Source of the DNA: an uncultured Candidatus Rokubacteria bacterium
GTDB taxonomy: Bacteria > Methylomirabilota > Methylomirabilia > Rokubacteriales > CSP1-6
Direction: 5' to 3'
Assembly: GCA_963754315.1 (NCBI GenBank)
Contig: CAVWFS010000018.1
Coordinates: 128,001 to 192,000, forward strand
Length of the DNA: 64,000 nucleotides
Of the stretch, positions 29,267 through 38,182 are shown in pieces. How positions within the stretch are numbered: the first letter of the stretch is position 1; every line of letters begins with the position of its first letter. The notes below the pieces were generated by a model that saw nothing but the letters and a program-made list of their open reading frames with translations, made no database searches and was not told where the DNA came from. A program made the translations under genes and the position numbers.

Positions 29267-29536
29267 GCGGTTCCCCTCCGCTTCTATAGTCGCAAGGTCG
29301 GCGTGAGATCGACAGAGCCATCTGGTCCCATCCGTGCCGGCCAAGTCGGGTGGCCCGACCTCGTGGCTGGTGAGCGCCCTCTTGCGATCGACTGACTACG
29401 GCGCGAGGAGCGTGAACTTGTGAGCCTCCTTGGCCTCGCCATCGATCAGCAGATCCAAGGTGTACTCACCGTCAGGGTCTCGAGCAGACGCCTGCGCTGC
29501 CACGCGCTGACGTTGATACTGTTCGAAGCGCTGCGC

Positions 29537-30736
29537 TCAGCGCATGTTGCCGGTGTGGCCGAGCGAGTAGCGTCCGGGCTGAGGCCACACGGTCAGGCCA
29601 TGCGGCTCGCGCCCTACGGGAATGACGGTCACGGCGCCGGTGGAGGTGTCGATGGCGTAGACGACGTTGTCGTAGCGGCCCGAGAGCCACAGCACCTTTC
29701 CGTCGGCGCTCACATTGCCCATGTCGGGACTGCCTCCCCCCGGAATAGGCCAGTTCGTCTCGATCTTGCGGCTCGCGAAATCGATGACGGACACGCTCCC
29801 CTTTCCCTTGGGGGGTCCCCCGATGTGAGAGGAACCGCGGTTAGCCGCGTAGAGCTTCCGGCCGTCACGGCTCGGATAGAGGCCGTGCGTCCCGATGCCA
29901 GTGGGAATGAACTCCACCTCGGTGAAGGCGTCCCCGTCGATCACGTAGACACCGCCCGCCATCATCTCGGCCACGAAGAACACCTTGCCGTCGGGCGACA
30001 CTCGGATGTCCTGGGGCATGCCTCCCTTTGAGAGCCGGAGGTAGCCGAGCACCTTGCCGGCTACCATGTCGACCTTGACCAGGCTGCCCTGGAACTCACA
30101 GGTGAAGATCGCGTAGCGCCCGTCGATGGAGAAGTCCGCGTGGTTCACGCCGGCGCACCGCGGAACCGCCACGGACCGCTGGAGCTTCATGGTCTGAGGG
30201 TCGCGAAAGTCGAGCCGCTTCAGGGCCTCGGCCACCACGATGGCCGAGCGACCGTCCGGACTGAAGTACATGTTGTACGGATCGTCGACAGCGATGGGCT
30301 TTCCTGGCTTGCCGGTCGTGGGGTCGATCGGGGTCAGGCTGCCGTCTTTGCGCCCCTCGGCGTTGTTGGTCACCCAGAGGGTCTTGAGGTCGTGCGACGG
30401 CACCACGTGCTGCGGATTGACGCCCACGCGAAACCGGTCGACCACCTTCAAGGCGACCGGATCGATGACGTACACGTCGTTCGACTTGACATGCGGCACG
30501 TAGACGCGCGGGAGAGCGCCAGCGGTGCCGGGAGCGAGCTTTCCGGCCGCCGTCTCGCTATAGAGGTTGGCGGGATCGATGACGGGCGGCATTCCCGGGA
30601 TCGTAGCGATAGAGCTCGCGGACCCGGTGGCCCCGGGTTGTCCTGGAGCGCGGCCGGAATCGAGGGCCACCCCGAGCAGCAGAAGCAGCGCGAGCCCTCC
30701 ACGCGAGACACGTCGGGGATGGAGCAGACTCTTCAC
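29537..30736 (-). CDS. Secreted YncE/YVTN beta-propeller protein
   Basis: AGGAGG before GTG; hydrophobic N-terminus; repeats SPDG/SADG, WVTN, VIPVGREPHG. Confidence 0.85.
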   Translation of the reverse strand: MKSLLHPRRVSRGGLALLLLLGVALDSGRAPGQPGATGSASSIATIPGMPPVIDPANLYSETAAGKLAPGTAGALPRVYVPHVKSNDVYVIDPVALKVVDRFRVGVNPQHVVPSHDLKTLWVTNNAEGRKDGSLTPIDPTTGKPGKPIAVDDPYNMYFSPDGRSAIVVAEALKRLDFRDPQTMKLQRSVAVPRCAGVNHADFSIDGRYAIFTCEFQGSLVKVDMVAGKVLGYLRLSKGGMPQDIRVSPDGKVFFVAEMMAGGVYVIDGDAFTEVEFIPTGIGTHGLYPSRDGRKLYAANRGSSHIGGPPKGKGSVSVIDFASRKIETNWPIPGGGSPDMGNVSADGKVLWLSGRYDNVVYAIDTSTGAVTVIPVGREPHGLTVWPQPGRYSLGHTGNMR

Positions 30737-30790
30737 GAAACCCTCCTGGGTCGTTGTTCGGTTCCTGGCCCACCCCGCGCGCCGACCTGC

Positions 30791-31604
30791 TCAGCGATGG
30801 GCGATCGCCTTCTGGATCGCCTGCACGGTGCGCGACACGATCACTTCCACGCCGAGCCGGCCCAGCTCGGCTGACGAGGCCCGCGGGTCGCCCTCCACTC
30901 CGTCCGTCGTCGACGCCTCGGGGCTACGCGCCAGCCGGTCGACTCGAACCAGGCGGGGATCGATGGCGAGCATGAGTGAGGTGTCCGCCAAACCCGCATG
31001 ACCGCCGATCTCGGCGTCCCCGTAGCCACGTGCGCGTAGAATGTCCCGGAATCCCTGGGTGCCGGCGCGATAGTAGTCATCGATCGCATGCACGCGCACA
31101 GGCGTTGCCTGCCCACTGCCGATTGAGCCGCGCCGCCACCGCCCGCTGCCCTGGCTGATTCGACCCGCTATCGCCGAGCAGAACGATATCCCGGAAGCCG
31201 TGAAGGCGAAGACTGCGGGCACCCGATTCGAGCACGCTCTGGAACGCTTGCTCGCTGAGCGTGATAGTGCCAGCGAAGCGCATGTGTCCGGTGGGTGGCG
31301 CCAGGCCGCCCTCCGGCACGTAGGCGAGCACGGGGGCCACCAGCGTCTTGCCGAGGGTCCGGGCAATCCGCTCGGAGAGGATACGTGCCCGGACGTTGTG
31401 CTTGCCCAGCGCCATGTGCGGCCCGTTCTGCTCGGTGCCGCCGGTGGGGAGGACGATGGTCGTCCACCCGCGCTGGATGACGTCGCGCAACTCGGTCCAC
31501 GTCAGGTCTTCGACGAACACGCTATCGAGGACGCCGGCCTGGACCCGCGCTCCCGCCAGCACAAGAGCGACTCCCACCACGACGGCCAGGCCCGTTGCCA
31601 ACAC
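30791..31604 (-). pseudogene. Creatininase-family protein with signal peptide, frameshifted near 31109 (real lesion or sequencing error)
   Basis: EDLTWTE, PTGGTEQNGPH, HMRFAGTIT in one frame; ATPVRVHAIDDYY...GHAGLADTS...GVEGDP in another; one extra base in TGG GCA G GCA ACG. Confidence 0.8.
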
Positions 31605-31720
31605 GCCGGTAGCCTACAGGGCAAGCGTCCCGGAGTTCAACGAAACAGTGGCGGCGTGGCGCCGTCCCGGCCTATGGGGTATCGTCGAAGGAAGGCGCGG
31701 GTAGGACGAGACGAAACGTC

Positions 31721-32914
31721 ATGAGCCAGCTCAACGCCAAGGGGCGTGCGCGGTTACCCAACAGCGCCTTCGCCTACGTGGATGCGCGAGGGCGGAGGCG
31801 ACTGCCCATCAATGATGAGTCGCACGTCCGCAACGCTCTGGCCCGCTTCAACCAGGTGGCCTTCGAGGACGACGAGGCTCGAGAGCGCGCCCGCAAGCGT
31901 TTGCTCATCGCCGCCAAGCGGTACAGCATCGTCCCCGTCGGGTTCGTGACCGGTCAGCTCCGCTCGCAGATGAGTGCGGCCACGGCGGGCCGGTTGGTGA
32001 TCGAGCTCGGCCAGGTCCCCACCCCCGCCGAGTTCGAACGGCGGCTGCGCACCGCCCTTCGCGATCCTACCCTCTCGGTCCTGCACTGGTCCGATGCCGC
32101 CGCTGGCTACCTCGACGGGGCCGGTCGGCCGGCCGCGCTGCCAGCCGGAAAGGCCCGGGCGGTGACCTTGCTCGAGCGGCAGGGTCGACCCATGGCTGCC
32201 CTCGTTCACGACCGCGCGGTCCTCGAGAATCCTGATCTTGTGAAGACCGTGACGGCGGCGGTCAGGCTGGCCCTCGAGAACCAGCGTCTGCGGGGTCAGA
32301 TCGAAGCCCGAGCCAGCGAAGTGCGAACGTTGCCCAGAGGGTATGTGACCTTTCTGTTGACCGATATCGAAGGGTCGACTGACGTGCTGCACCGACTGGG
32401 CGATCGGTACGCTGCCCTGCTGGCCGAAGTGCGTGCGATCATTCGAGGCCACGTCGATCGAGGAGGCGGGCGCGAGGTCGATGCGCGCGCGGACGAATTT
32501 TTCGCGGTCTTCGATCGCGCTCCGGCCGCGCTGGAGGCAGCCCTGGCCATCGAGCGGAGCGTGCACGGACGGACGTGGCCCGCAAGCGTCGAGGTACGGC
32601 TGCGCACGGGAATCCACAGCGGGCGGCCCTTGCTGACCGATACCGGCTACGTCGGCCTCGCCGTACACACAGCCGCCCGGATCTGCGCAGCCGCTCACGG
32701 CGGCCAAATCCTGCTCTCGTCCGCGACGCGCCGGGCAGTGGGCCGCCACCAGCCGCCCGGTGTGCGACTCCGGAACCTGGGCCCGCACCGGTTCCGGGGC
32801 TTGCGCGAGCCACAGGGACTCTTCCAGGTCGAGGCGCCCGACCTGAAGGCCCACTTCCCGCCGCTTCGGACGTTGGCCGTGGCGCGCGGTGATGGCGGGA
32901 AGCGGCGCGGCTAG
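31721..32914 (+). CDS. Class III adenylate/guanylate cyclase fused to an N-terminal DUF6582-like domain and a GAF-like/linker region
   Basis: N-term LPNSAFAYVD..RRLPINDESHVRNALARFNQ; cyclase TFLLTDIEGST, ADEFFAVF, RTGIHSG, VHTAARI, HGGQILLS. Confidence 0.8.
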   Translation: MSQLNAKGRARLPNSAFAYVDARGRRRLPINDESHVRNALARFNQVAFEDDEARERARKRLLIAAKRYSIVPVGFVTGQLRSQMSAATAGRLVIELGQVPTPAEFERRLRTALRDPTLSVLHWSDAAAGYLDGAGRPAALPAGKARAVTLLERQGRPMAALVHDRAVLENPDLVKTVTAAVRLALENQRLRGQIEARASEVRTLPRGYVTFLLTDIEGSTDVLHRLGDRYAALLAEVRAIIRGHVDRGGGREVDARADEFFAVFDRAPAALEAALAIERSVHGRTWPASVEVRLRTGIHSGRPLLTDTGYVGLAVHTAARICAAAHGGQILLSSATRRAVGRHQPPGVRLRNLGPHRFRGLREPQGLFQVEAPDLKAHFPPLRTLAVARGDGGKRRG

Positions 32915-32932
32915 CGCCGCGGGCGCGTCGGG

Positions 32933-33382
32933 TCAGCGCTTGCCCTTCACGGTCATGACGGGACAGGGCGCGCTGCCAACCACACGCTCGGCGACACTGC
33001 CCAGGAAGATCTTGGCCAGTCTGGAGCGACCGTGTGTTCCCATCACGATCAGGCTCGCGCGTCGGCTGCGGGCCGTGCGCACGATTTGCTCCGCCGCCAC
33101 TCCTTCCAGCAGGAGGCCCGACGCGCGGACGCCGGCCTTCTTGGCGGTCGCCACCAGCGCGTTCAGACGCCGCTGGGCGTCGACCTGGGTCGCTCTCATC
33201 AGCTCATCGTAAGTCCGCGCCGACATGTAACCGTCGCCGGCCAGGGGAATGATGGTGGCCTGGACATGGACAACGAGAAGCGGCGCCCGGTCCTTCTTCG
33301 CAGCCGCGATCGCCTGGGTGAAGGCTGGCCGAGAGGCGGGAGAGAAGTCGGAAGGATGGAGAATCGGGCGGGCTCGGCTCAT
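32933..33382 (-). CDS. Universal stress protein
   Basis: AAGGAG RBS; ILHPSDFS, IVMGTHGR, LGSVAERVV..APCPV. Confidence 0.9.
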   Translation of the reverse strand: MSRARPILHPSDFSPASRPAFTQAIAAAKKDRAPLLVVHVQATIIPLAGDGYMSARTYDELMRATQVDAQRRLNALVATAKKAGVRASGLLLEGVAAEQIVRTARSRRASLIVMGTHGRSRLAKIFLGSVAERVVGSAPCPVMTVKGKR

Positions 33383-33435
33383 GTCGTCACTCCTTGTTGT
33401 GGCCGCCTTCCTGTCCCGCGGCGCTGGGTGCGTTT

Positions 33436-34473
33436 TCAACCGCCGAAAACGGCACGGGCCGCCGCCAGCGCGCGCTCGACCTTCTCGGTGTTGACGTCGA
33501 GGTGGGTAACAGCGCGGATGGTACGGACGCCCATGGCGCCCATGCGAACGCCGCGCGCAAGCAGGGCCGCCACCGCGGCCGGTGCGTCGAGGGCCCCCGA
33601 GAGCTCGAAGATGACGATGTTGGTCTCAACCGTCGAGGGATCGAGCGCGATACCCGGCAGGGCGGCCAACCCGTCGGCCAAGCGACGCGCGTTGGCGTGG
33701 TCCTCGGCCAGCCGCTTGACGTGATGGCGCAGAGCGAAGAGGCCGCCGGCGGCGATGATTCCCGCCTGGCGCATCGCCCCGCCCATCTGCTGCTTGAGTC
33801 GCCAGGCATCGGCAATGAAGTCGCGCGAACCGGCAAGGGCGGCTCCCACCGGGGCCCCCAGACCCTTGGTGAAGTCGATCCACACCGAGTCGAAGGACGC
33901 CGCATAGTCGCAGGCCGCGGTGCCGCTCGCCACGACCGCGTTCATGAGTCGCGCCCCGTCGAGATGCGTCCGCAGACCGCGCTGGCGCCCGGCGTCGGTG
34001 ACGGCCGCGATGCGGGCGAGCGGCCAGACGGACCCACCCCCCAGATTGCTCGTCTGCTCCACCCAGAGAAGGCGGCTGCGTGGCATGTAGCGGCTCTCGG
34101 GACGGATGGCTGCGCGCACCGCGTCGGCGTCGTACTGGCCGCGCGGGCCGTCGAGTGCGCTCACATTCACGCCAGCCAGCGCCGCCGGACCGCCCCCCTC
34201 GAAGTGGATGGGGTGGGCCGTTCGGTGCGCGAGCATTTCGTCACCAGGCCGGCAGTGCACGCGCAGCGCGATCTCGTTGCACATGGTGCCGGATGGAAGG
34301 AAAAGGGCGGCTTCCTTGCCCAGCAACTCGGCCACTGACTCCTGAAGTATGTTGACCGTCGGATCCTCGAATTTCTGCTCGTCACCAACCTCGGCTTCGC
34401 ACATGAACTCGCGCATGGCACGGGTCGGGCGGGTCACGGTGTCGCTGTAGAGATCGACCTCAATCACCGCCAT
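33436..34473 (-). CDS. ltaE: Low-specificity L-threonine aldolase family (PLP)
   Basis: SDTVTRP, FLPSGTMCN, HLDGARL, FTKGLGAPVG, GGAMRQAG. Confidence 0.85.
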   Translation of the reverse strand: MAVIEVDLYSDTVTRPTRAMREFMCEAEVGDEQKFEDPTVNILQESVAELLGKEAALFLPSGTMCNEIALRVHCRPGDEMLAHRTAHPIHFEGGGPAALAGVNVSALDGPRGQYDADAVRAAIRPESRYMPRSRLLWVEQTSNLGGGSVWPLARIAAVTDAGRQRGLRTHLDGARLMNAVVASGTAACDYAASFDSVWIDFTKGLGAPVGAALAGSRDFIADAWRLKQQMGGAMRQAGIIAAGGLFALRHHVKRLAEDHANARRLADGLAALPGIALDPSTVETNIVIFELSGALDAPAAVAALLARGVRMGAMGVRTIRAVTHLDVNTEKVERALAAARAVFGG

Positions 34474-34502
34474 GGAGGATCTCCCCTTGGGGCTTGCAGT
34501 TC

Positions 34503-35554
34503 TCAGAGCCCGAGGCGCTGCCGCACATAGTCGCCGATTTCGAGGGTGCAGGCGAGACCCTGCGGGATCGCCTTCGTAAGGGACACGAAGGCATGGATCT
34601 GGCCCGGATATTCGCGATAGACGACCTCGACTCCCGCCGCTCGCAGCCGATCGGCGTAGGCACGTCCTTCGTCCCGTAGTGGATCGAAGCCAGCGGTAAT
34701 CACGAGCGCGGCCGGCTGACCACGCAAATCGGCCGCACGAAGCGGCGACGCACGGAGGTCGGTGCGATCAGCATCGCTGCGCAGGTACTGCTGCATGTAC
34801 CAGGTGATCCGATCGCGCGGGATGACGTGGCCGTCCGCGAGCTCGCGATGCGACACGGTGTCGAGGGCGAAGTCGACCGCGGGATAGATGAGCACCTGGC
34901 AGGTGGGCGGCGCCCCACCTGCACTCACGGCCTGCTGCGACACCACGGCGGCGAGGTTTCCGCCGGCCGAGTCGCCGGCCACCGCCACCCGCGAGGGGTC
35001 GGCCCCGATCTCCTGGCCGTGCGTCAGCAGCCAGCCGTAAGCGGCGAGCGCGTCCTCGACGGCCGCGGGAAACTTATGTTCGGGGGCGAGCCGGTAGTCC
35101 ACCGCCACCACGAGGGCGCCTGAGCGCTGCGCAAGCCGCGCGCAGAGGCCGTGGTGGGTTTGCAGATCACCTTGGACCCAGCCCCCGCCGTGGAAGTACG
35201 CCACGACCGGCCGCGCGGCGGCCACCTTGCCTGGTACCCCGGTCGGGTCGTACACGCGAGCGGAATCGGTCCTGCCGGACCGGGAATCTGGATGTCCTCG
35301 AGCCGTGGCAGCGCCGGCGCCGGCTCATCCATCAGGGTCACCATGGTGCGCAGTTGCTGGCGCAACTCGGGCAGCGGTGGAAAGTAACCGGGCTGGCGGA
35401 TGGACTTGACGAACTCACCCACGATCTGGGCCTTCGGGTCCATCGTGCGGGGACCCCGACTGATGCGATGCCCGTCGAGAAAGCGCAACGCTTCCTCCTC
35501 ACTCATCGCCGTGTGGGCTAACTCCAGGGTCGGGGGGTGGCTCTGCTCGCTCAT
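34503..35554 (-). pseudogene. HSL-family alpha/beta esterase frameshifted near 35261 (real lesion or sequencing error)
   Basis: N-part ...IPGPAGPIP in ORF 35024..35554; C-part RVYDP...HGGGW, GDSAGG, DPLRDEG, HAF in ORF 34503..35255; one base is missing in ATT CCG (G)CT CGC GTG TAC. Confidence 0.8.
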
Positions 35555-35623
35555 GCCGCGTCCCTCCAGATGACCAGAACCTGATGGCCGGCGGGCTCGG
35601 GCCTTACCAGCCGCGCCCGCGTC

Positions 35624-36112
35624 CTACTTCAAGGCGTCGATCCCAGCCTGACCGATCTGGGCGTCTTGCTGCGAGGTGACCCCCGATACCCCGATGCCGC
35701 CGATGACCTTGCCGTCTGCCATGATTGGAATGCCGCCCTCGAGCATGCTGGCCCCCGAGACGTTCAGGAGCCGGAGGTTGGCCCCTCCTTGGCCGATGAG
35801 ATCCTGGAATACCTTGGTCGGCCTGCGAAAGGCGACCGCCGAGCGGGCCTTGTCCTTGGCTACATCGATGCTGCCCCACTGGGCACCGTCCAGGCGATTG
35901 AGCATCACGACGTGACCACCCGAGTCGAGAATGGCGATGACAACGGGCCAGTTGTTCTTCTTCGCCTCGGCTTCGGCCCCCGTCATCACTTTCTTGGCCT
36001 GCTCGAGGGTGATCGCAGGACCGTAGGCCGGCGGTGCCTGGGCGCTGGCCACACTGGTCGCAGAAACCAGCGCGATACCGATGATCAAGGACACGAGGCG
36101 TGCTGTCGTCAT
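35624..36112 (-). CDS. GlcG/HbpS-family heme-binding protein, secreted
   Basis: AAGGAGG RBS; signal peptide; IAILDSGG, KARSA, GGIPI, IGGIGVSG. Confidence 0.85.
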   Translation of the reverse strand: MTTARLVSLIIGIALVSATSVASAQAPPAYGPAITLEQAKKVMTGAEAEAKKNNWPVVIAILDSGGHVVMLNRLDGAQWGSIDVAKDKARSAVAFRRPTKVFQDLIGQGGANLRLLNVSGASMLEGGIPIMADGKVIGGIGVSGVTSQQDAQIGQAGIDALK

Positions 36113-36147
36113 TGCGTTCCTCCTTGAGGGCCGGGGCGCCCCCACGA

Positions 36148-37194
36148 TCATAGCTTGGGCATGACGCGTTCGGCGAAGAGGCGCATCGTGCCCTCCACCG
36201 CCGGTCGCGGCAGCCGCGAGCCCTGGTCGAACCAGCAGATGATCTGCGAGAGCCCAAACTCGTCCCGCGCCGCTACCAGCCGGTCGAGCACTTCGGCAGG
36301 GTCGCCGAACACCGCCTGATCGCGACAGAAGCGTTCATAGGGAAGGCGGGTCACGTTCTCCTCGATCGCGCGCAGGCGCGGTAGGTGCTCGCCATAGGAG
36401 TCCGGCAATTGGGCAAAGATGGTCTGGAGATTCCGATAGTACTGGTGCACGCCCGCCCGCATTGTGTCCCGGGCGCCGACCCCGGTGGATCCCACGTGGA
36501 CGGGTAGCATCAAGGCCATCTGGTCACTCTGCCACCGGTGTCCGGCGCCCTCGAGGTGCGCTCGATACAGTGCCATGTACTCGCGCAGCTGGGGCAGGGG
36601 TGTAGTCGTCGTGCCCGAGTAGATGGGCAGCCCCTGGGCGCCGATGTGGACGAAGCTCTCCGCCGTGTGAACGGCAACTCGGATAGGCGGGTGAGGGCGC
36701 TGGAGCGGTCTCGGCACGACCTCGAGGTTCTCGACCTGGTAGAACGTGCCCTGGTAGCTGAAGCGCTCGCGCGTCCACGCCAGCCGAATGATCTCCAGCG
36801 CCTCGTCGAAACGCGCGCGATTCTCAGCCAGTGGAATACCAAAGCCGTGGAACTGCGTCGGGATGGACCCCCGGCCTACCCCGAACTCCAGCCGACCACC
36901 CGAGAGGACGTCGGCGGTGGCCGCCTGCTCCGCCAAGGTCAGCGGATGGTGCAGCGGCAGCAGAGTCACGGCCGTGCCAATGCGTATCCGCTGGGTACGC
37001 GCGGCGATCAGGGGCACCATCATCAGCGGATTCGACAGCAGTGAGAAGGCGCCGCCAAAGTGCAGCTCGGCCAGCCAGGCCACGTCGAACCCGAGCTCCT
37101 CCGCGTAGGCGATGAGCTCGAACATCTCCCCATAACGCTCGGCGTGCGTGTGCCCCGGCGCCGCCGGCGCCTGGAAGAAGAGACCAAACCTCAT
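36148..37194 (-). CDS. LLM-class flavin-dependent oxidoreductase
   Basis: MRFGLF, AWLAELHF, IRIGTAV, GRLEFGVGRG, PRPLQRPHPPI. Confidence 0.9.
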   Translation of the reverse strand: MRFGLFFQAPAAPGHTHAERYGEMFELIAYAEELGFDVAWLAELHFGGAFSLLSNPLMMVPLIAARTQRIRIGTAVTLLPLHHPLTLAEQAATADVLSGGRLEFGVGRGSIPTQFHGFGIPLAENRARFDEALEIIRLAWTRERFSYQGTFYQVENLEVVPRPLQRPHPPIRVAVHTAESFVHIGAQGLPIYSGTTTTPLPQLREYMALYRAHLEGAGHRWQSDQMALMLPVHVGSTGVGARDTMRAGVHQYYRNLQTIFAQLPDSYGEHLPRLRAIEENVTRLPYERFCRDQAVFGDPAEVLDRLVAARDEFGLSQIICWFDQGSRLPRPAVEGTMRLFAERVMPKL

Positions 37195-37248
37195 GGCGTG
37201 CCAGCATACGGAGGAAGAGGCCGCCGCGCCAGACCCACCGCGGCGCGG

Positions 37249-38007
37249 CTACTGCGCGAGGGCCCCTCCGTCGATGACCAGTTCGCTGCCCGTGACGTAT
37301 GACGAGTCGTCGGATGCGAGATAGAGGACGGCCGCCACGATCTCATCCACCGTGCCCATCCGACCTAGCGGTACGCGCTGCAGACGCCGCTGCAAGACCT
37401 CGCGATCCGGCATGGCGCTGTGGAGCATCTCAGTGTCGACGGGCCCTGGGTGCACGGAGTTGCAGCGGATCTTGTCCTTGGCGTGCTGGCTGGCCGTCAC
37501 TTTCGTGAAGATCCGGATGGCGCCTTTGCTGGCGGCGTAGGCGGGTTCCTGGTGCAGGGACTGTCCGATCCCCGCCACCGAGGAGATATTCACGATCGAG
37601 CCGCCGCCCGCTCGCCGCATGGCGGGAATGGCGTATTTGGTGCCCAGGAAGACCCCTTTGGCATTGACGGCCATCACCCGATCCCACTCGGCGGTCGTGC
37701 GCTCTTCGATGGGGACGCGCGGGATGACGATGGCGGCATTGTTGATGAGGATGTTCAGGGCCCCGTACCGATCGGTGGCAGTTCGCACGGCGCCCTGCCA
37801 GTCAGCCTCGCTGGTGACGTCGAGATGCACGTAGACGGCCTCGCCCCCGGCGGAGCGTATGGCAGCTTCGACTTTCTGGCCCTCGGCATCTCGGATGTCG
37901 CCGAAGACGACCTTCGCGCCTTCCCGGGCGAAGCTCGCCGCTTCGGCCGCCCCCTGGCCGCGGGCTCCGCCGCTGATCAACGCCACCTTTCCATTCAACT
38001 TTCCCAT
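37249..38007 (-). CDS. SDR family oxidoreductase
   Basis: GGARGQG, NNAA, NISS, YAASK, NSVHPG. Confidence 0.9.
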   Translation of the reverse strand: MGKLNGKVALISGGARGQGAAEAASFAREGAKVVFGDIRDAEGQKVEAAIRSAGGEAVYVHLDVTSEADWQGAVRTATDRYGALNILINNAAIVIPRVPIEERTTAEWDRVMAVNAKGVFLGTKYAIPAMRRAGGGSIVNISSVAGIGQSLHQEPAYAASKGAIRIFTKVTASQHAKDKIRCNSVHPGPVDTEMLHSAMPDREVLQRRLQRVPLGRMGTVDEIVAAVLYLASDDSSYVTGSELVIDGGALAQ

Positions 38008-38182
38008 GGCACTCTCCCCGCTGGGTGCGCCCTCATCGTGGACGACCCGCTCGGTCGACCCGAATCAGGCGCTCGACCCTGGACGATCATAGCCGATCGA
38101 CCGCCACCGCGACCTCGTTGACAGCCAGCGAGCGCCGTGCGAAAGACTCTCGCGAGACCGTCACCCCGAGGAGACATCGCCC

